Of a stretch of 64,000 nt of DNA, positions 13,312 through 25,919 are shown in pieces. The notes below the pieces were generated by a model, which was not told the DNA's origin, ran no database searches, and saw only the letters and a list, made by a program, of their open reading frames with translations. The stretch comes from Podarcis vaucheri (Eukaryota): the NCBI GenBank assembly GCA_965113315.1, contig OZ220368.1. One strand, 5' to 3'. A program made the position numbers and the translations under genes. The number at the start of each line of letters is the position of its first letter. Positions within the stretch are counted from its first letter, which is position 1.

Positions 13312-13513
13312 TCTAATCCTCTAGCTGCGAAGCACTTCAAGTGGATGGTTATAACTTCAGGCATTTTGTCAAATAGAAGACTGCGTTCAGCTTCTGTGTA
13401 ATGACGACAGTTTTCACAGAAATATTTATCTTCTCCCACAATCCTCTCCACTGAAGCAAACTGGGAAATTGCCCACTTCAGAGTCTTCACTTCTGTTTTG
13501 GGATCTGGAGAAA
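13312..13513 (-). CDS. USP1: USP1 coding exon 7 of 8 (KYFCENCRHYTEAERS)
   Basis: ag/gt boundaries, 202 nt. Confidence 0.95.
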
Positions 13514-13945
13514 CTACAAAAGAAAGTTGCTTATATTTAGTTTGCCCAATACTGTAAGCAGTTAAATACAAATCAGGTTGTTGACCACGATAATATGAGT
13601 GCAGGACATGTGAGCAAATGTTTTTAAAAGTGCCAGAATCCTAGAGAACTACACATCAGGGTTCCAAAGCTTATGCTCTGCTGTGATCTCATGACTCTCC
13701 AAAGCCAATTCCTAATCTCCATACTTCAGCACAACCAAACAGAAGGCAGTTTCTTTAAGGTGGGGAAGGGGTTTAACACCATCCTAGAAACCTGCAGAAT
13801 CCTAGAGCCATGCATTCTTCCATGTAACTAAGACCTGTATTATAGGAAGTATCTGTCTTACGTAGATTGCCATGCTTCATTTCAGCACGTTACAGACTGG
13901 TATGATCACACATTTCTAAGCAACCAGAATGGGGACATTTTATAG

Positions 13946-14081
13946 CAGGCATAGGCAAACTCGGCCCTCCAGATGTTTTGGGATTACAACTACCATCATC
14001 CCTAGCTAACAGGACCAGTGGTCAGGGATGATGGGAACTGTAGTCTCAAAACATCTGGAGGGCCGAGTTTGCCTATGCCTG
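13946..14081. mobile_element. hAT-type palindromic MITE
   Basis: TIR CAGGCATAGGCAAACTCGGCCCTCCAGATGTTTTG; perfect 8-bp TSD TTTTATAG. Confidence 0.9.
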
Positions 14082-14194
14082 TTTTATAGGATAACAATAG
14101 CCATCAACTGAAATACCATACTGAGCACATTCACACCACAACCACCCCTCTGGCACACACCTATTTCTTCTCTCAGAAGGTCTGATCAGTGTGG

Positions 14195-14680
14195 TGCAAC
14201 TGCAAAAAGGCTAATGCAATTTTGGGGCTGTATTCAAAGAATCTTAGTTTCTAAATAACAGTGTCACCTTATTCTGTACATTTGAGGTACTATTTCCAGT
14301 TTTGGGTGTTGTGCTTTTAAAGGGCATATAAACAAATTGGAATTGGTTCAGTGGAGGATAATGAAAAATGGAAAACAAAGCCTATGAGAAAAGGTTGGAG
14401 AAACTAGGTATGTTTCACCTGGTGAAAAGACATATTTATTTAGAAAACTTATGCCGTACCCTTCCAATGCATCTGCATCTTCCAAGGTAGCTTACATTTT
14501 ATTAATGCCATGGAAAAAATTAAAAAGCACACAAATGCAACCAAATCAGCAGATGAAAACATTCTAAGAAAAATGTAACAAACCAACCAGATACTTGTAG
14601 GGCTGTCATACAGAAGAGGGCAAAGACTTGTTTCCTAAAGTAGTGACCTTAAGTTACAAGATTACTGTACATTTAAGCTT
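14195..14680 (+). mobile_element. Degenerate CR1 LINE fragment
   Basis: AAAAAGGCTAATGCAATTTTGGGGCTG, GAGGTACT..CCAGTTTTGGG, TATGAGAAAAGGTTG: CR1 ORF2 3' hallmarks. Confidence 0.6.
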
Positions 14681-15158
14681 GACAGTGGAACAAAATTACT
14701 GGGAAGGGGCCCTTGCTCTTGGGAGCTGAATAGCAATCTCTGCTGGGGGAAAGCTGTAGCTCTGAATTTCCTTCATCAAGCAGTGTTCACCTGCTGATCT
14801 ACAGCACAGAAGGGGAACTCCAGCCCATGGGCCTGATTAGGCCTAGCAGGGATCCTAACTTCACTCACAGTACTGTTTTCCCCAAACCATGCCCACCTGC
14901 CCCACCCTTGGCATCAAGTGTAAGCTGGGAAAAAGCTGTTTCCAAGAAAATGGTTGCATATGTACTTTAAAAGGTAATGTCTGTCAGCACCCATCAGGTG
15001 ACAAGTTGTCAGGATACAACTTAAAAAATAATAAAACTATATATAGAAATGTACACCCAGAATTTAACTACAGTTGGCAAGTAAAGTATGCATACTCCTA
15101 CCAAACACAGGCATGTGAATCACAGACATACTTAAAATTTACTGTGGCTTATACTTAC

Positions 15159-15329
15159 TTTCAGAATTCTCTTCTGTTTTTGAGAACTCTTCTTTTTGCA
15201 CTGGCACACTAATATCTTGAAAGTCTTCTCTTCTCTCAGTGAAACTCTCACACTCTAAGCATCGTGTTCGTAACACCAACTGACCCTGGAAGAGTCTCTC
15301 CACTAAATCGAAGACAGCTAACTCTGAAC
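15159..15329 (-). CDS. USP1: USP1 coding exon 6 of 8 (FQGQLVLRTRCLECE)
   Basis: ag/gt boundaries, 171 nt. Confidence 0.95.
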
Positions 15330-16498
15330 CTAAGGTGAAGCACATACCAGATTAGGTTAAACTCTTTTCCTGAATAGATATTATTAGAGTTCTCTGAATT
15401 TCATCATCTTACTGCAGCTCCTCGTACTGCATATGACACTACTCCTCCAAATCCCATATCTTTGAGCAGCTGTAGCAGCAAGAGGAAATGCTCCAAAGTA
15501 TAGTTCAAAAACTGTAAACCAAGGCAGGAAGTTCCATCCACAGCTCTTTGGATCTCTTTAGATCCCACTCCATATGAACAGTGTAGTTCTTATTAGGAAC
15601 TTCAATTATTAGGCACTACACTGGGGGTACATTCTTGATATTGAACTCGCTAATGTCATTGCAGCCCTATCTTTCAGATACAACCAGCACACCCCTAAGC
15701 ATGTTTACTCAAAAAGGGAGTATGTGAAGAAGAATCATTCATTATGCAGGAAATGGTTTTCCATAGGGCAAGATAAAAGATCTTTTAGCATACAGGCTTA
15801 ACCATTCTAGGCAGCTTCTTACATCTAAAAAAGAACTTTACCAATCTACCCCTACAAAGAAATCCCAGTATTTTCAGTTTTTGTTTTAAAGAATACTAAA
15901 ACTATTGATTTAATTTTCATTAAGTTAAATCCAGAAGTATTAGAAATGTTAAAACACTGACCTTCGCTGTATTACATTTTGGCTTGTTATATTTGCCAAC
16001 TCAGATCTAGTTAACCCAGCCCTGCAATATGCCACTGTTCTGCTTGCTTAGGGCAAGTATCAGCCATCTTTGCTTTGCCCTACAAGAAAGCTACACTGCT
16101 GGAACTAAACATATCTCAATCTCTTTCCACCCTGTGTCCCACCATGCATAGTTAATGTCAGGAGAAAGTGAGACACAAAACCCAGCCATGAAACATGGTT
16201 GGGTTAGTAGTCTTGCTTCTAGGTTTACAGCGCTATCCTAAAATGTTTACTCAGAAGTAAGCCCATTGAGTTAAATGATGCTTATTTCCTAGTATATAAT
16301 ATACAACTGTATATTATATAAGCCACAAAATATGTACAGCCTTCATAGCTCGACTGTGGTAAAAAAGAAAAAAGAGCCAAGCCAAGGAGGCAATTCATGT
16401 GACTTGTTCCATCTCTTCTACCACTAATGAAAACACAAAAATGTGGCCAGGTGATCTTAGCAAACTGGGCACACACACAAGTTACTCATAAGACTAAC

Positions 16499-17196
16499 CT
16501 CTCTGGCATCGTTTTTCAATTTCTTTTTCGACAGTGCTTTCAATAGATGATGGATCACAATAGTCTTCCGTTCCTTGGCTGCCATTTTCACACTTGCGGA
16601 AACTGTCTGTGAATCCAGAGTTTTCTATTTCTTTAACAGGCTCTTTGAACCCCAAGTTTGTTGTCAGCTTTCCCAAACTACAAAATTTGGACAGAATGCT
16701 AGGTTGCTTGCTTGAAGATTTTAACCAATTTAATCGAAGTCTGGATTTTTTATGGGTTGGTTTTGTATTTTCATTTTCAATGCAATGCTTAATGGTTGCT
16801 TCAGATTGATTTTCTAGTTTTTCCTCCAGGGCTTTTCTCTTTGACCTGGTCCGTCTCTGATTCTCTTCTATTCCATTTTTCTCTTTGGAAACTTTGGATT
16901 TTTTCTTTTCATTGCCATCCTCTGTATCATTTTTTCTTTTTGCATTTCCGTTAGTTTTATCTTCACCGTCCTCAATAGCTTGCTCAGAGATCAAACTAAC
17001 ATCTTCCTCAACAATACCAGTACTGACAATATCCTGATTAGTAGTTTTCTTTAGTTCAGCTGTGGGCTCTTCTAGTGATCTGGGTTTCAGTTGTTCCTTC
17101 AACAGCTGACATGTTTCTTGGATATGTCCCAATATACACTGCAATACTTCTTGGGCATCATGTTGCAAGTATCCCTCATACATGGGGTTCAGTTCC
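16499..17196 (-). CDS. USP1: USP1 coding exon 5 of 8 (QHDAQE box and basic insert with NLSs)
   Basis: ag/gt boundaries, 698 nt. Confidence 0.95.
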
Positions 17197-17723
17197 CTTT
17201 AAAAAAAATGCAACACATTACCTAATATACACAGTCAAAAAATAGCTTAATGACACAGTTTAGACAGGGATTCATGAGCATAACCAAATTTGGCAGGTGC
17301 CCTTCTTGGGAACACATTTTAAGTACAATTCAAGTTACTACACTATGTTTGGGGGATCCAAAATTAAAATGAGGTAGATGTACAGCTTCATCAAGTTCTC
17401 AGTTTTGCAGGCTATTATGTATTTAGAATTATGGAGATATATTTTTGTAAAACTAGTATATTACAGATAATTTGCTATTTTTGCCTATCAGTCATTTAAA
17501 TTTGACTGATTTGAGATCACAGAACAGGTTCAATCTGCATTGTTGCTGAGCTATCTCACATTATAAAATGACTAGAAATGAACACATCTACTGTAAGAAG
17601 ATGCTGGAGAACATATTTGTGAATAGGAATAATTCAATAAACTTAAAAGGCTGTCTTTCTGTAGAAAATTACAATATTCCATATCATTTGCTTCAGAAAT
17701 AGTTAGAAACACATCTTTTGTAC

Positions 17724-17884
17724 CTAAGCGTATTTAGTAGTCTTCTTGGCTGAGTTGCAAGTTCATCTGTGTATTTATCAGAATTTAAGAGAAAGCTGGC
17801 CTGAAGCTGTTCAACTGAAACAATCAAAGAGTGTAAACTGCAGACCAATTCATAGCTTGCAAGAGAATCTTCTTTACTTTCCCC
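17724..17884 (-). CDS. USP1: USP1 coding exon 4 of 8 (LASYELVCSLHSLIVSVEQLQASF)
   Basis: ag/gt boundaries, 161 nt. Confidence 0.93.
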
Positions 17885-18776
17885 CTATAAAGACAGAGAA
17901 AATAAGTGTTTGCATTTGAAAGTTAAATTTCTTGCCTTTTTAGCTAGTTACATAATTTTATAATCCTTTTTCATAATATTGATGTGTTTAATTTCATTTT
18001 GCACATCAGCTCAAGCTATTATGATTCTGTGATACAAAATTTCAAATGTATCAATGTTATCATCATTGTACCGATATTAGGTTGTTATTTACTTAATGCC
18101 AAAGACTGAATTCAATTAAATGACCCTTTTACTGTCTGAAAGTGACTATAGAACTACATTAACAAACGAATCTTCATTGTGCTTCAGTCCTAATTCTATG
18201 CCATACCATATAAAAAGATACCATATAAGGCATCATCTGTCTATCCTGGAACACATTTGACTAGTCTTAAAACAAGGGTGAGGAACAACCAGCATTCAGG
18301 TGTCCTACTTTTACCCACAAGGTCATTTCCTGCAAACCATGTTCGCCTGCCCCACATCTGACATCACATAAGACACCAGGTATAGACAGCTACTATGGAA
18401 CAATCAGGATCCTAAAATGAGTTCCCTAAAACGCCTTTGCAAGTAGGGCTACCTGTTAGCATCAATAAGCTGATGGAGGTTTAGTGCTCTTTCAGAGGGG
18501 CTTGCTCCATTACATAAAAGTGGTTTGCATCCAAACCACTTAAAACTGAGTTTCCACCCACCGTCCAGCCTTATAGCAAGTGGTTTCAATGCAAACTGCT
18601 TTGTGCTAATGGGGCTAGCACCTCTAAAGGCATGCCAAGTCTAAATTACCCTGCTACAGAAGTGACATCTTTCAAAATAAACTTTCTTCCAATGGAAGGA
18701 TTTGTTTATATTGAACTTATGATATACTAACTTTTGTTATGTACAATATGCCCAATAATAGATAGTATGTTCTCAC

Positions 18777-18872
18777 CTTATCAGTGTCACCTTTTAAGCT
18801 TTCCTTCTTGTTTGTAATTATATTAAATAGTTGTTTCACTCCAGTCTTAAAGCCAGGGCAAAAATAAAGCAC
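18777..18872 (-). CDS. USP1: USP1 coding exon 3 of 8 (VLYFCPGFKTGVK)
   Basis: ag/gt boundaries, 96 nt. Confidence 0.93.
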
Positions 18873-19646
18873 CTAAAATAGGAACAAGGCATGCAGTACA
18901 ATGAAGGAAAACAGAATTCGTGAAACACATATTTAGCTATTTATTTGTGTGATGTAGCAGAATGAGTATTTCACTTAGATCAGGGAGGCCTGCTTTCAAA
19001 TCCCTGCTAAGTCATGAAGGACACTGGTTGACCTTGGACCAACCGCTAGATGGCCTGATTCACAAAAAATTATATCCTGGCTTATGGGTGTATAGAACAC
19101 CTTTGCAATCAAGCCAAGATAATAAGCTAACTTCAAACCATAGCTTAATATCCTCACAAGTCATTAACCATAGGTTTCCAGGCTCGTGTATAACAGAAAC
19201 CTATTTTTATAAACAGAATATTGAACTGCTTAGCCATTTGCTCAGTGGGTAGAACAAAAGGGCATGGAAGGGTTATGCCACTCATTAATAAACTAGTTTA
19301 TTAAGCCATTGATTTGATTGTGCAGTTTGACCCAAACTTGCAGAAAAAGCAAGATAATAAATGTAGGATGACCCAATGCATGTGCCACTTTGAGTTCCTT
19401 GGAGGAATAGGATACAAATTTAGAAGTTGACATCAACAGATGTAACTGTAGATAAACAGAAGTGAATAAATAAGTCTAAATATATATCTGTTGCAAAATA
19501 AGACAACCATACTGTCAAGATAAATCTTAAACATATGTCTCTATGATGAGCGAGTGTCAGGCCTTAATAAATTGCTGAGTATATAAGGTGTTATAGTTAT
19601 GACCACCTGTCTTTTACTATTATCTGATTATTCTGAAATCTGATTA

Positions 19647-19859
19647 CAGTCATACCTCGGGCTGAAGTCATACCATGGCGACCCGGAAGTAACGGAGTGC
19701 ATTACTTCCGGGTTTTGCCGCTCACGCAGACACTCAAAATGACGTCACACGCATGTGTGGAAGCAGCGAAATGCGACCTGCTCACTCGCGTCTTACGTTT
19801 ACTTCAGGATGCGAAATGGGCTTCAGAACAGATCCCGTTCATATCTAGAGGTACCACCC
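19647..19859. mobile_element. Tc1/mariner-like MITE remnant
   Basis: TA|CAGTCATACCTCGG ... GAGGTACCAC termini. Confidence 0.55.
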
Positions 19860-20838
19860 TATACTGTTATTTTTTTAAAGTGTTTTACAGTACATTGGTT
19901 CTTAAGAACTTTCCCCCTGCCCCACTGTTTCATTCATGTTGTTTGAGTATTATTTCTAAATGCCATATACTGGCTTCAAAGTTCTCATATTATTTTTATT
20001 TTTTTAAGGTTACATCCATTACAAAAAACCAAACAAACTCAAACAGAAATAAAGCTATGCTACATAGCTTGTGTATCCAAGTTTTCTCAATCATTCTGCT
20101 TCGATTTTGGAACTCCAATCTCCTGACAAGGCCTGGTTATCAATAGGCAGGTGAAACTGTTTTGATCTAGCAGATGTTTGGATAAAGGAGGCATAGTGGG
20201 TCAAGCTACTGCAGGTTTTATCAGTACTATGGTTTTAATGTTGTTTTCATGTTTAGCTTTCCTTGTTTTCCCTTTGAGCTAGGTAAAGCAAGCATTTTTA
20301 AAGCACTTCCTCTGAAAATGTGAAGTTAAAAGACAATGGCTTGACTTTTGATGGATTATACTCATAGTACAGCCTCTTCAAATACACCTCATTTTAATAT
20401 TTTGCAAACCATACTAAGAAAACAATATCCTAGAGCCTGCCACATACCTTCAATGTTTGTACAATGTATTTGTTACACAACTTATGTCCATCAGGACATA
20501 AGATGGAAAAGGAATGATTATAACAAAAAGCAAATTGCCCAACTTATGAGCACGTCCTGAAACCTGGTCAGTGCCTGCACCACCTCCTGGGAACCACCAG
20601 TATGCTGCCGTGGGTTCCATGACAAAAGATGGAATATATATGGAATGAAATAAATTTTAATATTGTGCAATGGGTCTACAATAAGAGAAAGGTAAAAATC
20701 TTGCTCTCTACAGCCTCTTTCCTCTGTTGCTTCCTTCATGCAGCACACGTAAATACCCACCAAGTAAGCTTTTAATTCCCTTAATTCACACAAAATTACT
20801 TTAGACAACACTATATTTTTAACCTGTTATGAACTTAC

Positions 20839-20968
20839 CTGAAGTATACTGTTAAGATAACACGTGTTACCAAGATTGTTCAAGCCCACAAAAGGTAGCA
20901 TGTTGTCTTTCTTCTCACAGCAGATAGGGGACGGTGAAAGTGGCTGTGTTGCAGGAACTACCTGGTCA
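20839..20968 (-). CDS. USP1: USP1 coding exon 2 of 8 (Cys box GLNNLGNTCYLNSILQ)
   Basis: Catalytic Cys motif, ag/gt boundaries, 130 nt. Confidence 0.96.
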
Positions 20969-21082
20969 CTGTCATACAAAAAAAGATATTTTATTCCAAA
21001 ATACACACGTGCAAGGTGTCTTCTAAATTTAGAAATTGACTTTTTACTAAAATACTGTTTCTTAATCCCTGCTATATGTAGT

Positions 21083-21442
21083 AAGGTAAAAGGTAAAGAA
21101 CCCCATGACAGTTAAGTCAAGTTAAAGGCAACTATGGGGTTGTGGCGCTCATCTCGCTTTCAGTCCAAGGGAGCCGGCGTTTGTCCACAGACAGCTTTCT
21201 GGGTCATGTGGCCAGCATGACTAAAACGCTTCTGGCACAACAGAACACGGAAATGTCGTTTACCTTCCTGCCGCAGAGGTACCTATTTATCTACTCGCAC
21301 TGGTGTGATTTTGAACTGCTAAGTTGGCAGGAGCTGGGATAGAGCAAGGGACGCAGGTGGCACTGTGGTCTATACCACTGAGCCTCTTGGGCTAGCTGAT
21401 CAGTAGGTTGACGGTTTGAATCCCCACAACGGGGTGAGTACC
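21083..21442 (-). mobile_element. Older Sauria SINE with inverted 5' segment
   Basis: 3' body on minus strand 21347-21083; 5' head GGGACGCAGGTGGC on plus strand 21348-21442. Confidence 0.8.
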
Positions 21443-22502
21443 ACTATTGAGGTACCACATAAAAATAACACTCCAAAAATAATGAATTAGCCGCCTCTAA
21501 CTGTACAATAAGATAATTAAAGTACAAAAATTATAAGTACAAAAATGGTATTGATAACTCTTGTGTTTTCCTTGACAACATAACAGATTTCTTTCTGGCC
21601 AGGAATTTTTCAGTGGCTAAAGTATTATTATCCCACACAAGCTCCCGTTTTCACATAAGTATTAGGCCAACAATATACTGTATGGTCATAATTAGACCAG
21701 GATTTAAAGTTTATTCCTAGTGCAGCCTATTGAATTAGTTTTCCATTTTGACACCTTAATCTATTTTTTTAAAAAAATTAAGTATTTTCTCATATGGAAA
21801 CAACCTGCTAAAGTGTAAGAAACCTGCAATCAAGAATGAAGGTGTGCAGCACAATCTTGTGTGTAGAAGTTAATCACACAGAATACAGTAGTTCTTACTT
21901 CCCATTACATATTCTTAGGCCTGTATCCTTTAAAACCTTTCTACCAAATTTAATGTTTTAAACAGTTCACTTTTGTTATTCCACCCAAAGCAGGCTATGT
22001 ATCCAACTCTGCTCTCTATCCAACTCTGCTAAGTCCTTTGACAGAAAAAAGTTCAAGGTCTAGTACATTCCTAAATCTCTTCCACTGGGCTCAATGGAGT
22101 TTTGAAAACTTAAACTTGGGTTGTATTATGCCTGTTCTACCCTCAATTAGCATAGAATGTACATAATGCTACCTATATACAAAACAAATTGTCACCAAGA
22201 TAGAATGCCAGTAATCAAACTGATTTCAGTTATAACCCATTATGTTAACAGCCTACCATTACAGTCTTCTGTTAGAAAACATTAAAAGCCAATTGAAGGC
22301 TGGGATATACATAAGCCAATGCAAATATGTGTAGTTACAGTAATTAAGCACAGCCAATAAGATTTTTGCATAACTGATACAGTAAGATACAGAACTTTAA
22401 GCATACACTGTAACACAAATATAGAAATGAAGATCCACCAAAATGCCTTTAAAAGTTCTCTGCACATTGTGATGAGTTAATGAAAAATAAACGCTTACAT
22501 AC

Positions 22503-22672
22503 ATTTCAGAACATTCATATTCTGAAGTCTTTTGCTCATTTTCTGCCGATTCTGCAAAATCCAGAGCTCTTTTTGTTTCCCTTTTCTGAAAGAACTTCAG
22601 TGAAAGTCTGCTTCTTTTCGTGGGGGTGCCTCTTGAAAGCCCGCTACTGTCACTGGGCAGCACGCCTGGCAT
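22503..22672 (-). CDS. USP1: USP1 first coding exon (MPGVLPSDSSGLSRGTPTKRSRLSLKFFQK)
   Basis: Matches the USP1 N-terminus; 170 coding nt; donor gtatgt. Confidence 0.96.
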
Positions 22673-22779
22673 TTTCCGCCCTCACCAGAGAACCCCGAGG
22701 GACGAACGCAATAAAACTGCAACCTGTAGTCATGCCTGTCAAAAGCATATAAAACACCACGTTTGTATGTTTTGTAAGC

Positions 22780-24470
22780 GGCAGCGTGCATTGTGACGAC
22801 ACAGCTTCACAAGAGCAACTGGAGCACACGCCGAAGTGGGCCGGGAAACACAACTGCGCTTTGATTAGCGCGCGATGCAACTCAAAACTGCGACCGCTTA
22901 ATACAAAGTTCCCTTTGACCTAGACACTAAAAGCCGGCGGCTTCTGAACTGTTTTTTGGGTTGTTAAGGAGAAGCGAAACAGTGCAGGAATCTGACGCTA
23001 CCGGCCAGGGCGGAAATCCTATTTACTGCAGAGTGAAGCCCCAAATCGCCCCAGGTACTTGACTTAAGAACGTCGGGATGTCGTTACTTTTCCGGTACAC
23101 AACCCCGAGGCATCTCCCCCTCCGCCCCGCCCTAAGTTTTGAGGGCAGCTCGAGAAACGACCCCCCAAAAATACTCTCGGCCCGGCACTGGATGCGAAAA
23201 GGATGAAAACCGAAAGCCGAGAAAACCTTCCATAGGAGGAAAGCAGGCAGACACGCTCCCCCTGCACAGACGCCACGGGCGGAGCCAAGGGAAAAGGGGA
23301 GAAGGGCAACTACCCCCCCAAATCAATAAAAATACTTCACTGAGGTTCTGCATCCCCCCCCCCTTTCCACACGAAGCCTGGCTCCGCCCGTGACAGACAA
23401 AAAAAAAAAAAAAACCAGCAGCGGAGAGTTCCGTAGCGCGCCTTCCACTTCACAACTAATTTCCGTCTCAAGGGTGAAGAGGAATATTCTTCCCTGAAGC
23501 TCCACTCGGGCAGGCAGGGCTGCGGCTCGAAGCGACAGAGAACCAGCAGCGGCCCGCAGTCGTTCCCTCGGAACCCCCCCCCCCCGGGGAACCAGGCGGC
23601 GGTAAAGAGCAGGCAGAGTTGTGCCCCCGCCCGCTCATGGTGGCGCGGCCGCCGCATCTCCTCACCCGCCGCCGCTACATCTTCTCGTCCTGGCCAGGTC
23701 CCCGTGGGCGAGGCGCGGGAGGGCGCTGCCCCGGAATAGCCCCTTCCCCAGCTGCTCTATAGACTGAGGGGATCTGGGGTCCCTCCAAGCTCAGTCACAC
23801 ACCCACCCGCCCGCGACGGGAAACTTGGCGCGTTTTGCACACCGCCAGGACCCCTCGTTCCCCCACCGCGTTTCTCCCGCCCGGCGACTCGGGGGTTGTC
23901 CTGAACGGATGCCGGTTTGATAATAGCCACGGTCACCGCCCGCTGAGGCGGTGAAAAGTTCGGCAAACTGCCTCCCTAGTTGGTTTGGGGCTCGCCGCCG
24001 CTTCTGGTGCAAGCAAAATCGCTGCCTCCCTGCCTCCCTCGTTCTTTTGGGCTCAGGCGGGTGGCTTGGACAGCTCGGAAGGGTCCTCGCGGAAACGCGC
24101 GCGTGCAACGGTAGAGGCCTGGGCTGGAAAGCTTAAAGCCCGCCGCCAACAGGAGACGGATGGAAGAAAAGGAAATACGAATCGGCCCCACCCTGCTCCG
24201 TCGCTTGACCAATCGCGGCCTGCTTTGACTAGCCAATCACTTTACCCCCCAAGGCCAAAAGAAAAGCATAGTGCTCTTTTAAAAGTGACAGTGTAACGGT
24301 TGCTGGGACGCAGAGGCCTGAAGGAACGTAGGGGAGAGAAAAAGGCGCGAAAGGGGAAACTAGGTGGAGTCGTAGATCTATTAAAAAAAGGGTAGACTCA
24401 CACGCGCTGGCGATTTCCGTTTTGACTTTTAATGCTCGTTTTGGGCTTCTCGGAAGTGAAGGCGAGAAGT
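22780..24470 (-). promoter_or_regulatory. USP1: USP1 CpG-island promoter and non-coding first exon (candidate donor near 23665)
   Basis: High CpG density; CCAAT at 24209 and 24233; E2F site TTTCGCGCC at 24352-24344. Confidence 0.8.
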
Positions 24471-24649
24471 ATCTGCATCAAATTGACACAAGAGCATCTG
24501 CAACAGTAATTTGCTGCACCCTGGGGTGCTGGAAAGGCAAACCAGTAATGATCAGAAAATAAGCAGTGAGGAGGAGCTGGGAGTCACCAACTTGGCAAAT
24601 CTGCTGTCCTACAAATGTTGCAACTCCTATCAGCCCCAGCCAGCATTGC

Positions 24650-24763
24650 CAAATACCTGGCCTAAGGCTAAAATTACTCCTTCGCAACAATTAAAAAAAG
24701 AGATCAAATACCTGGCCTAAGGCTAAAATTACTCCTTCGCAACAATTTAAAAAAGAGATCAAA
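24650..24763. repeat. 55-bp tandem duplication
   Basis: CAAATACCTGGCCTAAGG...AAAAGAGAT twice, one mismatch. Confidence 0.9.
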
Positions 24764-24882
24764 CCACTGGGGGTTAGGGTTAGGGGGCGCAAATCCACAG
24801 GTTAGGGGGCGCAAATCCACGGGTTAGGGGACACAAATTACTTGCCTTGCCCTGGGTGCTGACAACCCACGCTACGCCACTG
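24764..24882 (-). mobile_element. One-ended hAT MITE (same family as 36764-36921)
   Basis: Terminal CGCTACGCCACTG and shared internal sequence. Confidence 0.8.
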
Positions 24883-25741
24883 CCTTAACGGAAACTTGTG
24901 AAAGGAGGCTGACACATTGGTAGTAGTAAGACTGAAAAGATCCCCGTGGGTTGGAATATGCCCTCTCATAAAACTACTTTGGGGTCAGGGAAGGAGGAGG
25001 AAAACAGGATTAGGGCGATGGCTTTGATTACACAACTTGCCTCCAGAGCAGACAGCTACTCCCTCCTTCCACCGGGGCTTCTGCTACGATCAGCTTCGCA
25101 AGCTCTTCACCCAGCCTTGCCTTTCTACCACCAGGGAGTCGGAGGGACTTCAACACTGTACTACTTTGCAGGATTGTTGTAAATTTCTCTTTCGGTCTCA
25201 GCAATTAATCTTCAGTATTAATCGGATTTTGTTTGTGACTAGCCATTCCCTCACAGGTCTCAACCTTCAGGCCCCAGCAATAGGGAGATAACAGTGTCCT
25301 GACTTGTATTTGAAGTTGGATTGGCAGGATGTTTTATAAGTGTTTAGAATCGAAGACCCACAACCTTCTCACCTTTTAGAAGATCAGCAATTTCACATTT
25401 GAGTTATTTGAGAACTCTCAGGTGGATGGCATTGGATCCCGTATATCCAAGGATACCCTTCACCCCCTAAAGAAAACGAATGTATAGTAAGTCCCAGTAT
25501 TTCCCTTTCACAGCCTTGTTGTGGGGAATGTCCAGTTGGCCATTTCTGTGCCATGCAGACTGTTAAGGCATAGAAGCTTTAGTGAGGAACGTTGCTGGGG
25601 CAAACAGTTGATATAATAGTGCGAAGATCAACAGAATAGTTTGGTCAACATAGGTTCGGGTGGGGACTGATATCAGAATTGAATAGGAAAGCCTTTTCAA
25701 AAGGTAAATAGAAAGTTATCAGATAACACTGCCTTATACTA

Positions 25742-25919
25742 CAGTGGTACCTCAGGTTAAGTACTTAATTCGTTCCGGAGGTCCGTTCTTAACCTGAAAC
25801 TGTTCTTAACCTGAAGCACCAATTTAGCTAATGGGGCCTCCCGCTGCCGCCACACGATTTCTGTTCTCTGGGTTAGCGGAGTCTGTAACCTGAAGCGTAT
25901 GTAACCCGAGGTACCACTG
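25742..25919. mobile_element. Tc1/mariner (Tigger-like) MITE
   Basis: TA|CAGTGGTACCTC...GAGGTACCACTG|TA. Confidence 0.85.

Noticed and set aside
23064-24296. Many overlapping ORFs in CpG islands (also 48.6-49.8 kb and 61.4-62.1 kb)
   Set aside because: Stop-codon scarcity in GC-rich DNA; no recognisable domains
24650-24830. Spaced repeats as a CRISPR-like array or an interstitial telomere
   Set aside because: Eukaryotic context, only two copies, no spacers, and only two perfect tandem TTAGGG units
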